NCBI RefSeq assembly: GCF_009914755.1
Contig: NC_060941.1
Reading direction: 5' to 3' (one strand)
Source of the DNA: the human T2T-CHM13v2.0 reference genome, Homo sapiens
Length of the DNA stretch: 64,000 nucleotides
Within the stretch, counting starts at the first letter, position 1. Each line of letters opens with the position of its first letter. Positions 1-18,379 of the stretch are shown here, in pieces. Below the pieces are notes generated by a model, which saw nothing but the letters and a program-made list of their open reading frames with translations, had not been told where the DNA came from and did not search any database. A program made the translations under genes and the position numbers.

Positions 1-3000
1 ATAGTGCTAGGTGAACATATGTGTCCACGTGTCTTTGGGGCAAAACAATTTATGTTCCTTTGGGTATATACCCAATAATGGGATTTCTGGGCTAAATGGT
101 AGTCCTGTTTTAAGTACTTTGAGAAAATGCCAAACTGTTTTCCCTAGTGGCTGAACTAATTTACGCTCCCACCAGCAGTATATAAGCATTTCCTTTTCTG
201 TGCAACTTCTCCAGCGGCTGTTATTTTTTGCGGTTTTATTAATAGCCGTTCTGACTGGTATGAGATGGTACCTCAGTGTGGTTTTGATTTGCATTTGTCT
301 GATGATTAGTGATGTTGAACTTTTTTTCATACGCCTTTTGGCCCTATGTATGTCTTCTTTTGAAAAGTGTCTGCTCATGTCCTTTGTCCACTTTTTAATG
401 GAGTTGTTTTTTGCGTGTTAATTTGTTTAAGTTCTTTATAGAGTCTGGATATTAGACTTTTGCCAGATGCATAGTTTGCTAGGCCGTATGTTTACTGGGT
501 TAATAGTTTGTGGGGTTTTTTTCTGTATAGAAGCGCTTTAGTTTAATTAGGTCAGTTTGTTAATTTTTGTTTTTGTTGCAATTGCTTTTGGTTTCTTCAT
601 CATGAAATCTCTGCCAGGTCGTATGTCCAGAATGGTATTTTTTAGGTTATTTTCCAGGATTTTTATGGTTTTAGGTTTTACATTTAAGTATTTAATCCAT
701 CTTGAGTTGATTTTTGTATATGATGAAAGGAAGGAGTCCAGTTTCAGTCTTCTGCATATGGCTAGCCAGTTATCTCAGCACCATTTATTGAATATGGAAT
801 CCTTTCCTCACTGCTTTTGTTGACTTTGTCAAAGGTCAGATGGTGTTGGTGTGTGACTTTATTTCTTGGCTCTCTATTCTGTTCCATTGGTCTGTGTGTC
901 TGTTTTTGTACCAGAATCATGTTGTTTTGGTTACTGTAGACTCATAATATAGTTTGAAATTAAGTAATGTGATGTCTCCAGCTTTGTACTTTTCGATTAG
1001 GGTTACTTTGGCTATTCGGGCTATTTTTTTGTTTCATATGAATTTTAGAATAGTTTTTTGTAATTATGTGAAAAATTTCATTGGTAGTTAGATAGGAATA
1101 GCATTAAATCTGTAAATTGCTTTGGGGAATATGGTCATTTTAGCAATATTGATTTTTCCTATCCGTGAGCATGGAATGTTTTTCCATTTGTGTCATCTTG
1201 AATTTCTTTCAGTAGCGTTTGTAATTCTCATTATAGAGATGTCTCACTGCCCTGGTTAAGTATATTCCTATGTATTTATTTTTTGTGTGAGGCTGTTGTG
1301 AGTGGGATTACATTCTTGATTTGACTCTCAGCTTGAATGTTGTTGGTGTATAAAAATGCTTCTGATTTTCATACATTGATTTTGTATTCTGAAACTTTGC
1401 TAAAGTTGTTTATCAGATCTAGGAGCCTTGAGGCAGAGACTATTGGGCTTTCTAGGTATAGAATCATATTATCTGCAAACAGGGATAGTTTGACTTCCTG
1501 TCTTCTTATTTGCATGTCTTTTATTTTTTTTCTGTTGCCTGATTGCTCTGGCTAGGACTACCAGAAGTATGTTGAATAGGAGTAGCGAGAGAGGGCATCC
1601 TTATCTTTTTCTGGTTCTCAAAAGGAATGCTTCCAACTTTTACCCATTCAGTATGATGTTGGCTGTAGGTTTGCATAGATGGCTCTTATTATTTTGTGTT
1701 ACGTTCCTTCAGTGCCTAGTTGGTTGAGGTTTTTAACATGAAGGGATGTTGAATTTTATTGAAGAGCCTTTTCTGCATCTATTGAGATAATCGTGTGGTT
1801 TTTGTCTTTAGTTCCGTTTATGTGATGAATCACATTTATTGATTTGCATATATTGAACCAACCTTGCATCCCATGGATAAAGCCTACTTGATTGTGGTGG
1901 GTTAGCTTTTTGATGTGATGATGAATTTGGATTGCCAGTAATCTGTTGAAAATTTTTGGATCTGTGTTCATCAAGGATGTTGGTCTGAAGTTTTCCTTTT
2001 TTGTGTGTCTCTGCCAGGTTTTGGTATCAGAATGAGTCTGCCTTCAAACAATAAGTGAGGGAAGAGTCCCTCCTTCTCAACTTTTTGGAAAAGTTTCAGT
2101 AGGTACCAGATCTTCTTTAGACATCTGGTAGAATTTGGCTGTGAATCCATCTGGTCCAGAGCTTTTCCTGGTAGGTAGGGATTTTTTTTTAATTATTACT
2201 AATTCAATTTTGGGACAAGGATTTCAATTTCTTACTGGTTCAATATTGGGAGGTTGTATGTTTCTAGAAATTTTATCCATTTCTTGTAGGTTTCTTAGTT
2301 TGTGTGCACTGGTGCTTATAATAGTCCGTGAGGGTTCTTTTTCCTTTGTATTTCTTTGGAGTCAGTGGTAAAGTCATTTCTGACATTTCTGATTGTGTTT
2401 ACTTAGATCTCTCTTCTTCTTTATTCGTCTAGTTAGTGGTCTACCAATCTTATTTATTTTTTCAAGGAAACAATTTATGATTTTGTTCTTTTGTATGGTT
2501 TCCCAAGTCTCAACTCAGTTCATCTCTGATTTTGGTTATTTCTTATCTTCTGCTAGCTTTGGGATTGGTTTGCTCTTGTTTTTCTAATTCCTCTAGGTGT
2601 GATATTAGGTGGTTAATTTGAGATCTTTCTAGCTTTTTGATGTGAGGATTTAACTTTCTGCTTAATACTGCTTTGGGTATGTTTCAGAGATTCTGATAAG
2701 TTCTTTGTTTTTATTAGTTTTGAAGAATTTCTTGATACCTGCCTTAATTTCCTTGTTTACCCAGAAGTCATTCAGGAGCAGGTTGTTTAATTTCCATATA
2801 ATTGTATGGTTTTGTGCAATCTTCTTTGTATTGATTTCTATTTTTATTGCCCTCTTGTCCTGGAGTGTGATTGGTAAGATTCAGTTTTTCTGAATTTGCT
2901 GAAAACCATTTTTATGGCCGATTATGTAGCCAATTTTAGAGTGTGTGCCATGTACAGATAAGAAGAATGTATATTCTATTGTTTTGGGGTGGAGAGTTCT

Positions 3001-4172
3001 GGAGATGTTGTTAAGTCCATTTGGTCAAGTGTTGAGTTCAGGTCCCAAATATCATTCTTAGTTTTCTGCCTCAGTGATCTGTCTAACACTGTCAGTGGAG
3101 GTATCGAAGTCTTCCCCTATTATTGTGTGGTTTTCTAAGTCTCTTTGTAGCTCTCTAAGAACTTGTTTTATGAATCTAGGTATTCCTATGTTGGGTGCAT
3201 ATGTATTTAGGATAGTTAATTCTTCTCGTTAAATTAAATCTTTTACCTTCTTTGTCATTTTTGACTTGTTGGTTTAAAGTCCATTTTGTCTGAAATTAGA
3301 ATAGCAACCCTGCCTTTTTTGTTTTACATTTGCTTGGTAGATTTTTCTCCATCCCTTTACTTTGAACCTGTGGGTGTCACTGCATGTGAGATGGGTCTCT
3401 TGAAGACAGCAAATAGTTGGGTCTAGTTTTTTAACTCGCTACTCTGTGTCTTTTAAGTGGGGCATTTTGCACCTTTATATTCAAGGTTAATATTGATATG
3501 TGCAGTTTGATACTGTTATTGTGATATCAGCCGGTTACTATGCAGACTTGATTGTGTAGTTGCTTTATGGTGTCAATGGTCTATGTACTTAATGTGTTTT
3601 TTTGTGGTGGCTGGCAACAGTCTTTTGTTTCCATAGTTAGCACTCCCTTGAGGACCTCTTGTAAGGCAGGTCTGGTGGTAATGAATTCCCTTGGCATTTG
3701 CTGTCTGAAAAGGATCTTATTTCTCCTTTGCTTATGAAGCTTAGTTTGGCTGGATATGAAATTTCTCGGTTGGAATGTCTTTTCATTAAGAATGCTGAAT
3801 ATATGCCCCCTGTGCCTTCTGGCTTGTAGGGTTTCTGCTGGAAGGACTGCTGTTAAGCTGATGTGGTTCCCTTTGTAGGTGACTTGCTCCTTCTCTCTAG
3901 CTGCCTTTAATATTTTTTCTCTCATGTTGACCTTGAAAAATCTGATGACTATGTGTCTTGGGGATGGTTGTCCTGTACAGTATCTCACAGGGGTTCTCTG
4001 TATTTTCTGAATTTGAATGTCAGTCTCTCTACCATGGTTGGGGAAATTCTCATGGACAATACCCTCAAATATGTTTACCAAGTTGCTTGCTTTCTCTACC
4101 TCTCTTTCAGGGACACCAGTAAGTCATAGATTTTGTCTCTTTACATACTCCTATATTGCTCAGAGGTTTAAA

Positions 4173-4310
4173 ATTTTTTTTATTTAATAAAATAGAGATG
4201 GGGTCTCGCTATGTTGCCTAGGCTGGCCTTGAACTCCTGGGCTCAAGTGATCCTTCTACCTTGGCCTCCCAACGTGCTGGGATTACAGGTGTGAGCCACC
4301 ATGCCCAGCC
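4173..4310 (-). mobile_element. Alu monomer (FLAM/AluJ fragment) in L1
   Basis: gaactcctgggctcaagtgatcc...gctgggattacaggtgtgagccacc. Confidence 0.85.
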
Positions 4311-4599
4311 TTCTTGGAGATCTTGTTTATTCTTTTTTATTCTTTTTTTTATTTTTGTCTGACTGAGTTGATTCAAAGAACTGGTCTTCAAGCCCTGAGA
4401 TTCTTTCCTCCACTTGGTTTATTCTGCTGTAAATACTTGAAATTGCATTATGCAATTCTTATACAGAGTTTTCAGCTTTATCAGCTCATTTTGGTTCTTT
4501 TTTTAAATGGTTATTTCATCTTTCATCTCTTGTATCATTTTATTGGATTCCTTAAATTCAATTGATTGGGTTTTTTGTTTGGTGGTGGTGGTGGTGGTT

Positions 4600-4754
4600 G
4601 TTGTTGTTTTTGGAGACAGAATCTTGCTCTGTCACCCAGGCTGGAGTGCAGTGGTGCAATCTCGGCTCACTGCAACCTCCGCCTCCCACATTCAAGCAAT
4701 TCTCTGCCTCAGCCTCCCAAGTAGCTGGGATTACAGGCATCTGCCACCATTCCT

Positions 4755-4797
<43 letters not shown>

Positions 4798-4908
4798 TAG
4801 AGACAGGGTTTCACTATCTTGGCCAGGCTGGTCTTGTGACCTTGTGATCCACCAACCTCAGCCTCCCAAAGTGCTGGGATTACAGGCCTGAGCTACCGTG
4901 CCTGGGCT
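4600..4908 (-). mobile_element. Alu with its central A-rich linker replaced by (TG)n at 4757-4795
   Basis: Both Alu arms present with a long TG run between them. Confidence 0.9.
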
Positions 4909-7900
4909 TGATTGGGTTTTGACTTTCTAATGAATCTCAATGATCTTCATTCCTATCCAGACTCTGAATTCTGTATCTTTCATTTCAGTCATTTCAGCCT
5001 AGTTAAGAACCCTTGCCAAAGAACTAGTGTGGTCATTTGAAGGTGAGAAGACATTTTGGCTTTTTGAGTTGCCAAAGTTCTTGAGCTGGTTGATTCTCAT
5101 TTGTGTGGGCTGATGTTCCTTTGATCTTTGAAGTTGCTTTCCTTTGCATGGGGTTTTTTGAGTTTATATTCTTCGATGCCCTTGAGGGTTTGAGTGTGGT
5201 ACAACATGGGTTCAGTCAACTGTCTTTGTTTAAAGTATTTCAGGGGGCCAAGCCTCAGTTTATCACTCCTGGTCTGCATGTTCTAACCCTGGGGGGCTAG
5301 TATTGGGCTCTAGCTTTGTTCTCTGGCCCTTCGAGGTTAGAAACTTGCTGCAATAAGAGGGGCTAAGGTGTTCCTGGCTCACTGGCCATAACACTCTGCT
5401 GGTTGGGTGCTGGCCAAAGTGCTTTGTTGTGGCAGTGGCAGTGGGATCCGTGCTTACATGTGTGTGCCAGCAGCCACAGCAGCACAGTAGGGTGCCTGCA
5501 CATCAGCAGTGGCAGGGCACCAGTGGGGGTGGGGTGGCAGCATTCATGCATGCACTAGCGCTGGTGGTGATGGCATGGTGGGATATGCATGCGTCAGTGG
5601 GAACCAGGCACTAGTGGGGGTGGGGTGGTGGTGTCTATATGCGTGCTTGTGCTGGTGGTGATGGGGTAGCAGGGTGTGCACACATGTGCTGGCAGGGGAG
5701 GGGAGGTGAGATCTGCCCACACTCATACTGACAAAGCTGTGAGCATGGGCTGTGGGTGACTGTGTGCTGGAAAAGTGGTGGGAGGAGGCTGCAGTGGGGA
5801 GAGGCTGCAAGGTGGTTGATTGCACAACAGTGGAAACTGGCCTGCTGGAGCCAGAGTTAGGCATGGTGAGCAGGTGAAGGAATTATTATGACGGCCCTTG
5901 GAAGCACCCTGGTTTGGCATCTGAGTCTGTGCTGCAAGCAGATGCAGCAGGGCTGGAGCCCCAGGAGAGGCTGGTAAACAGGGGCACACTCAGATCAAAC
6001 TGGTCCCATTCCATGGGCAAGACCTCCCTTCTCTGTCTAGGTCTGGCAGCCACCAAAGGCCAAAGCCACCTAGAGGAGCTTTCTTCCAGCTTCAGTTCAG
6101 GGTCTGCGTCTTCCCTCTGTCCACTCTCAATGCCTTCCCTCTGAAGGTCTGCTTGGAGTATGGCAGTCTTCCCTATGGTCTGGTGTCTCAGTGAGTGATG
6201 CTCTTCCTGGCTGCATCTAGTCAGCCATCATTGGCTCCTCTCTAAATTTGCATTTAATGTCTGGGAAAAAATAGGCTGTTAATCTTTGAGGCATAATAGT
6301 CCAAGTGTACCGCTAATTTCCCCAGGTGTGAAAATGAATAAATTTAAAAGCTGTTGGAACCCCAAAGAACACTTTTAAGCCTTGATAGAGATGTGACTGT
6401 GATCTGAGTTATGTATGGTCTCAGCTTCTGTTCTCAGATTATAATCATAGGTTAACTCGTTTTCTTATTTTTCTTGATCTGTTCAATGACTAGAGAGAAT
6501 TAAATGATGGCAGGGACAAAAGCTTCCTGCCTTCTTAATTAATGACTGTTGTTGTAGATTAACTCCCCTTTATTGTCCTGATTTGCTTAGACAAGATGAC
6601 AGAAAACCCACGATTATTACAGCCTTTGCAAAAAAAAATGTTAAATGTACTCTTACTCATAAGAAACACTGCATATAACTAATCAGATTTCTGTGACTAT
6701 CTATGTGCAAACCCTGTATGAATAATGCAACCCTGCTAAAAACTCCTCTGTCTCTGCCTATCTAAACGAAATCTTAACTTCCCTGCTTCGGATTGCTGAC
6801 TCTATTCCTTTGGAGTTGGGATTTCTGGGTGGGCCATCCTCACATTCTGTGTGTGAATGAACTCTCTTTAAACTAGACTCTGACTCTTTTAATTATTTTA
6901 GGTTGACATTTGATAACCTGCAGATGGGACCTGAAGTAAGCCTTCTGCAATCTTCACTGCTTTGCTGACATCTGGAGCTTTGGTACAGCACAAGTGGCTT
7001 TTACTTCTTTGACTTCATTGGACCTGGAGAGGGTCTCTGGCCTGGCTTCTCTCAGATTTTGAATCTCTCTGGTTTTGGCTGAGATTCAGACTTTATTGAA
7101 GCATCCTGATTCCACGCTCAAGAAAACTGAAATTGAAGCTTTACTTTTAAAAGTAGGAGTTTCATTTGTTATTTCTCTAGAGATTCTGTGGTTTGCAGAT
7201 TTGTGCTTTCACATTCCTTTGAGGATAAGGTTTTGTTTTATTCCCAAAACTTTTCAGCCTTTTCCCTTGTTCAACTTTGGTGAAGGAGAAAGTGTTTCTC
7301 TTTGAAAAGAGGAAGCAAATCTTTGTGGCTCAAATTAAATTTGTGATTTTATATTTTCTAGGTTCTGAAGCTTGGTTCAGCTGACATAGCTAAACTCTTC
7401 TTGAGTGACCAGAATTTCCATTTCCACGGTCTTCGGTCACTTAAGAGAACTCAAATTATGGACTATTGTCCCTCCAAAATCAAGTCTTTCTCCCTAAGGA
7501 GAGATCCACCTTTAGAAACTCCAGCTGCACTCATGTATGAAACTTATGGTGCCACTTCTTGTCATTATTTAGAAAATGGTTGCACATAACTCATGAAAAA
7601 CTAAAATTGCAATGGCCAAAGTGGGATACCTCAACTAATTTACCTGTGTGCTCAATAAGAAAAAGCTGGTTCTAGGATAAAACAGAATAGTTAGGAGAGT
7701 TCTTTTCAATGGTATTTAAAACATCCAAAAGAGATTTTAATAGAGTTACTTCTTTACAAAAGGAGAATAAAAAGTTACCTAAAACAATTTCCAAATTTAA
7801 AAAGACAGCTGAAATTTCTCCTCCTCCTCCCTCACCTCCTCCTTCTCTTTGTCCTTTATTACCTGGGCTACTTTACCTAGAACGACCTCTTCTTTCTCCT

Positions 7901-8791
7901 CCCCCTGCTTCTGCTCTGGTTCCATCCCTGGAACAGCCAGTGTCTGGTAGGGATTAACCTGCCCTAGTGTATCAGTCACGGTAGAACTTAAAGGTAGAAT
8001 TAAGGAATTTCCTGATCCTCACTAGGACCCTGTGAGTCCTAGTCTTCTGGTTTTGCCAGAAAAATCGCAATTAAATATTTGAGCTTATGACCCTGGCTCT
8101 ATTTTAAGATGAATAAAAATTACTTTAAATGGAGAACTAACACAAACTCTTATTAACAGACCTGGAATCACCTTATCTGTAATAAAGTCCACCTTATTAC
8201 AAGGTCCCATTCCTTGAAGTAAACAAACAATTCAATCTGTAGTTGTCACAAATACTCTAAGAGACTTCTTAGAATTATTTAATACCTACATTTCTTTCTC
8301 CCCAAGAGGAAAATGTATTTAGAATTAGATGATAAAACTGAATTATTGGACATACTTTTGTCAACAATCCATATTGACATGGAAGACACTAAATTATTGA
8401 GTAGTAAAAAATTATAAAACCCACTAAATGTAGTACCTAATCAATCATGGTTAAAGTCTTCCACTGATTTTGGAAAATTTATCTTGCCTACCCCAATCAA
8501 AGTTCAATAGATTCATCAAAACCCCTTCCAAACCTTAAACAATACCCTCTAAGAACTGAAGCCCTAAAAGGTATAAAGCCTATAGTTTCAGATTATTTAA
8601 GAATAGGACTTGATTATTCCCTGTAACAGCCAATGTAATACTCCAGTCCTTCCTGTAAGGAAATCAAACGATAGAGGATGGAGGTTTGTACAGAATCTGA
8701 CAGCAATTAAAAACATAGTCACTCTTTGACATCCAGAAGGGCCAAACTTCCATATGTTGTTGACTGACATCCCAACTGAACCTGAGTTCTT

Positions 8792-9083
8792 TTCTTTTTA
8801 CTTTGAGACAGGGCCTTACTCTGTTGCCCAGGCTGGAGTGCAGTGTGATTATAGCTCACTGAGGCCTCAATCTCCTGGGCTCAAGCAGTTCTCCCGCCTC
8901 GGCCTCCTGTATAGCTGGGACTACAGGTGCGCACCACAACACTTGGCTACTTTTTGTATATTTTGTAGAGATGGGGTTATCCCCCTTGTTACCCAGGCTG
9001 GTCTTGAACTCCTGGGCTCAAGCCATCCACCTGCCTCGGCTTCCCAAATTGCTGGGACTACAGGCATGAGCCACCTCGCCGGC
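8792..9083 (-). mobile_element. AluJ-type insertion in ERV pol
   Basis: Alu sequence flanked by imperfect TSD ctgaacctgagttctt / ctgaagctgagttctt. Confidence 0.9.
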
Positions 9084-9416
9084 TGAAGCTGAGTTCTTTA
9101 CTGTAATAGACTTATGTAGTACATTCTTTAATATTTCTGTAGATAAAAATAATCAATTTCTCTTCACCTTCACTTGGGAAGGAAGACAATACACATGAAT
9201 AGTCATGCCTCAGGGATGAACTGAGAGCCCAGCTTACTTTTCACAAATATTAAAAGCAGATCTCCCAGATATTGACTTCTTGAAAATTCATTTTAATAAA
9301 ATACACAGGCAATTTACTCCTCTGCTCAGAGGATAAGCAATTATTTCTTAAAAATGGGATTCACTTGTTACAACAATTAGACTCAAAGGGACACAAAGCT
9401 TCTAAAGAAAAACACC

Positions 9417-9716
<300 letters not shown>

Positions 9717-9919
9717 GAAAAACACCAATCCTGTCAAAAACAAGTGACGTGCTTAGGCCACCTAATATTTAAGGAAGGACTTTCTATTAGTCCATACCGA
9801 CTGAAAGGAGTTTTAGCTCTTCTGCCATGAAGAACCAAGAAACAGCTGGGAGAGTTCTGGGGGCTGGCAAGACATTTAAAAACTTGGATCCCAAACTTTT
9901 CTTTAAAAGCCTGCCCCTT

Positions 9920-10239
<320 letters not shown>

Positions 10240-11661
10240 TTACATGCTTCTTTTAAACAGGACATTCCAGACCCTCTTGTTTGGACAGAAGAAAATCAAG
10301 AAATGTCAGAAATGATCAAAAATGACTTTACTAATGCCCAAGCTTTGGTGCATGCAGATTATAATCTTCTATTTTCAGTATTTGTACATGAAAGTGATGG
10401 AAAGATTTTAAGGGTCCTGACTAAAAAACATGGAGCCCAAAGAGACCTGTGGGGTATTGTAGCCAACAGTTAGACTCTGTAATAAGAGGATTTCCATCTT
10501 CCATGAGAGCCGTAAAGCCCCTGCTTTGTTAGTTGAAGCAACTGACGAAATTCTCATGGTGACAGCCCTTAGTGGTTTTGTTTCTCATTCTTGTGAAAGC
10601 ATTTGCTAAACTCGCGTCATACTCAATATTATTCAGTTAGTAGACTAGTCTCATACGAAGTTTTCTTTCTTTCAGCTTCTCATATCAACATCTCTAGATG
10701 TAATAACCTAAATCCTACAACTCTTCTGTCTCCATTTCCAGATAAAACACTGCACTATTGCATAACCCTAACTGATCACTGATCAACTTCTTTCTCCCAG
10801 GACTGACCTCAAAGAGACCCCCCTTACTACTGCCAATGGTGTTTGGTTTACAAATGGATCTTACTTAAAGGATAAATCTGGGACTTACCACTCAGGTTAT
10901 ACAATAGTATCTTTAACTGGGGGGAAAAAAAGAAGGAGGAGAAGAAGAAGAGGAAAGTGTTAAGCTTCTAGGCACCACCTGAGCTCAACAAACAGAATTA
11001 ATTACATTAGTCAGGACTTGTCAATTGGCAAGAGGAATAACTGCTAATATTAATATAGAGAGTAGATATGTTTTTAGAGTAGCTCATGATTTTGAAACAC
11101 TATGGAAACACAGGATTTTTAACTTCTTCTGGTCAGTCCTTAAAAAGTGGCCACCTCATTTCATGATTTTTGAAAGCTATATTATTACCACAGTCACTGT
11201 TTATAATTAAAATTCCAGGCCATTTCAAATCAGATATCCCAGAAAGCAAAGAAAATTAGCTAGCTGATAAGGTAGCAAAAAGAGTGGCTCTAAACAAAAA
11301 CACTCTGTATTAACTCTTAAACACCTGAATTTGATATAAAATTAGCTCAATCCAGAGCTCCAAAATCAGAATACAAAATCACACTTTGTGCTTGAATAAA
11401 CTCCCTTTAAATTAGACTCTGATTCTTTTGATTATTTTAGGTTGACGCAGGTGAAGGCAAATAGATGCTGTGATTCAGGGCAGAGGAATTTACTGGAGAA
11501 GGTGGAAACATGAGTCAACCGTGAAGTAATTGGTGTCAGGGAGTATTGAAATGAGGATGGTTTTAGGGTTAGAAACTAAAGGGAATCCAGGCTTCATTAG
11601 TTTGTTTATGGCTTGCAGGTATTGGACTATTTAATATTCTTCCCATTAAGCTTTTGAATAG

Positions 11662-11958
<297 letters not shown>

Positions 11959-11959
11959 A

Positions 11960-13715
<1,756 letters not shown>

Positions 13716-13717
13716 TT

Positions 13718-15055
<1,338 letters not shown>

Positions 15056-16638
15056 ACTCAGCCATTTCATTTTCTTATAGCAGTGTCTAATCTTAGGTGT
15101 TGTACATGGAAAACAAAGGCGTTACAGGAACTGCAAATAGGGATGCGGAACCTTTTGTCAAGGAATCCTTGAATAATAAACAGATCTGAGACCTTCACTT
15201 GCTTCAGATTTTGAAGGAAACTGGGATAGTCCATGGAGGGGGAATGGTGGAGTCTATTTCTACTTTTAAGGGCCCTACTTCCCCAATATGTCTGTTGATC
15301 CTGTAGCCAAAGAAACTGATGGATGTGAGTGAGCATGTTCTGAGTGAGGGATGCCAAGGGCTTGGGGAATTATGGGGGGAGCAAGGAAACGGGTGATCTA
15401 TCAGAGCTGTTGGAGGATAAAGGCCAGGGGGAAGGAGTTCCAGAACTTCAGGAATTAGTACGTCGGATAAACAAAAATATTAACATTCCAAATAGAAAGT
15501 AAATCCCTGCTAATAGATTAACAGGGATTGTGAAATTTAACAAAAAGCTGTGTTGGGCATGATGGAGTCCAAGAGACACCAAAAGGGGCTTAGAAAGAGG
15601 CAAATCATCCACCCCCACTACTGAGGCATTATGGTAAGGAATTGTGAGGGTTAAGGGTAGAGTAGGTGGTTCTAGTATCTATTAGAAAGGTCATAGGGTG
15701 CTCACTGACTGGGATTATTATTTCTCCCTGTGTGTTCAAGGGTATCAGGGGGTGCACAAGAGCAGATTCCTCAAAGGGGAGTCACTGGGATGCTGACGTT
15801 TTTCTTTTTGGACCTTGAGATAATTACAGGTGCTCCAGACTACTCATGATCGTAGGGATGTCGAGGTGACTTCAAGGCCTTGGGGTGATTCCCCATGAGT
15901 TGTTTCAGTTGGAGATCCATGAGTTTGCATTTTTCAGATTATTTAGATGCCTGTACATCTTTTGGGTTTCTGCTAAAACATGGATCTTAAAGAGAGGGGC
16001 ATTTTGGCAGTGGTACCTTTGGCCAGTTACTTAAGTGGAATTTCATTCTCTCTTGGCTTCCTTCACAGATGATGTATGAAAGCATGAAATTCAAAGAGAC
16101 AAAGGGAAATTGTGTAAAAAGCAGATCAGCCCTCTGCTTTACTCTTACCTTCTAGGTCCACAAATAGGTATAACTTGAATTAGGACAGGTGGAGAGGAGC
16201 ATATAATTAATACGATGTTAATTAGTATGAGTAAACTCTCTGAGTTTAGTATGGAGCTCATTAACAAAACTGGTAACTAAAGCAGATGCCGTTTAGAGTT
16301 AAACCTGGGTAATCTTTCCAGTTGTTTTCTAAGTGGTATTCATAGACAGAGACTAATTCATCTCTTTGTTGTCGGTACTCTTAAGTCTTTGATGAGTTGA
16401 TTTTAGTTGAGAAGGCTGTGGAAATAGAATCTGAAAGCTTTTCTCTGATTTCTCCATCTGTGATAGCCCCTAGGTGTTTTGAGATTTAACTGTAGGTCTT
16501 CATTAATTTTGGTACTCTCAAACCCTAGGGAGGCATCTCTAGGTCCTATAAGAAGTTTGAATAATTAGTAAAGATCTTAAAGCTCTAGAGAAGATGCCCC
16601 TAAGATTGACTAACTTGTGTAAAAAATTTCTCCCTTCA

Positions 16639-16966
<328 letters not shown>

Positions 16967-17224
16967 AAGAAAGAAAATTTCTCCCTTCATTGTATGTAGT
17001 TTCATTTTCAAAACTACAGTTTCAAAAGGCCACAACATGACAACCATTACAATTGATGACCCCGAGGTGGTCCATTTTGTGCACTGGTCTTCTTCATCTT
17101 TAGTTACAAGCTCAGCTTCCTCTCTAAGTCTTGAGGTATCCTTGTATGTAATGATGATATCATTTGTCGAATGCTTATTAAATTGTATAGACTGTGTTAA
17201 GAGCAAGTTTGCACAGTAACCCTT

Positions 17225-17400
17225 TTAATCCTCAAGTATCTCTATGATGTAGGTTTTAGTATTTTGATTTTATAGATAAGGACATAGAGGCTGTATCCTC
17301 AGTAATATGTCATGGGTCACACAGCAAGTTAGGGGCATGGCCAGAATGTGACTGAAGTGTGTTCAGCTCAAAACCCTATGGCCTTAACTACTACACCAGT
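17225..17400 (+). mobile_element. MIR fragment
   Basis: attttatagataaggacatagaggct...ggtcacacagcaagt MIR core motif. Confidence 0.6.
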
Positions 17401-17844
17401 CTTTCTCCATTATCTCATCCTCTGAGATGCTTCCCATGAGGCAGTCTCAAACTCTTAAGTCCAACTCAAAGAAAATGGCTTATCTGAATATGGTTTAATA
17501 CTGTTTTGATTTAGAGGATTTTCCTATTGCCTAAAGGCTTTGCAGTGGTGAGAATGGGATGGGAATTCCCAAAGTCACCTGGACAAGTTTAATATTAATT
17601 TTTGTGGGTACATAGTAGATATATATACTTATGGGTTACATGAGATATTTTGATAAAGCATGCAATGCGTAATAATCACATCAGAATGGAGTATCCATCT
17701 TTGCTAAAGGATAAAGCATTTATCCTTTATGTTACAAAAAATCCAATTATACTCTTTTAGTTATTTTAAAATGTATAATTAAATTATTTTTTACTATAGT
17801 CACCCTGTTGTGCTAGCAAATAATAGGTCTTACTCATTCTTTCT

Positions 17845-18360
17845 TGCCAAGACCAGCTCGGTCGGGGAGACCCTAACCCAGTGGCACTAGAGGAATTAAA
17901 GACACACACACAGAAATATAGAGGTGTGGAGTGGGAAATCAGGGGTCTCACAGCCTTCAGAGCTGAGAGCCCCCGAACAGAGATTTACCCACGTATTTAT
18001 TAACAGCAAACCAGTCATTAGCATTGTTTCTATAGATGTTAAATTAACTAAAAGTATCCCTTATGGGAAACGAAGGGATGGGCCGGATTAAAGGAATAGG
18101 TTGGGTTAGTTAACTGCAGCAGGAGCATGTCCCTAAGGCACAGATTGCTCATGCTATTGTGTGTGGCTTAAGAATGCCTTTAAGTGGTTTTCCATCCTGG
18201 GCGGGCCAGGTGTTCCTTGCCCTCATTCCAATAAACCCACAACCTTCCAGCTTGGGTGTTAAGGGCCATTATGAACATGTTACAGTGCTGCAGAGATTTT
18301 GTTTATGGCCAGTTTTGGGGACAGTTTATGGCCAGATTTTGGGGGGGCCTGCTCCCAACA
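17845..18360 (-). repeat. HML-3 3' LTR (MER9)
   Basis: TG...CA termini on minus; ~94% identical to 23720-24229 by hand alignment. Confidence 0.95.
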
Positions 18361-18379
18361 TGTCTCCCTTCTTTGATTT

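Larger units (their letters stand above)
1..6240 (-). mobile_element. Old primate LINE-1 (L1PA13-16/L1PREC-like): 5'UTR ~4920-6240, ORF1 remnant ~3580-4500, ORF2 remnants to window start; runs off the left edge
   Basis: Minus-strand ORF fragments match L1 ORF2 ([28 protein letters not shown]; YCWWERKLVQPL) and ORF1 (ENFPNHGRETDIQIQKIQRTP..PSPRHIVIRF). 5' end reads GAGCCAATGATGGCTGACTAGATGCAGC on minus. Confidence 0.9.

Noticed and set aside
5914-6240. Similarity to 52100-52686 as a possible segmental duplication
   Set aside because: Both are 5' ends of the same L1 family, and similarity stops at the element boundary.
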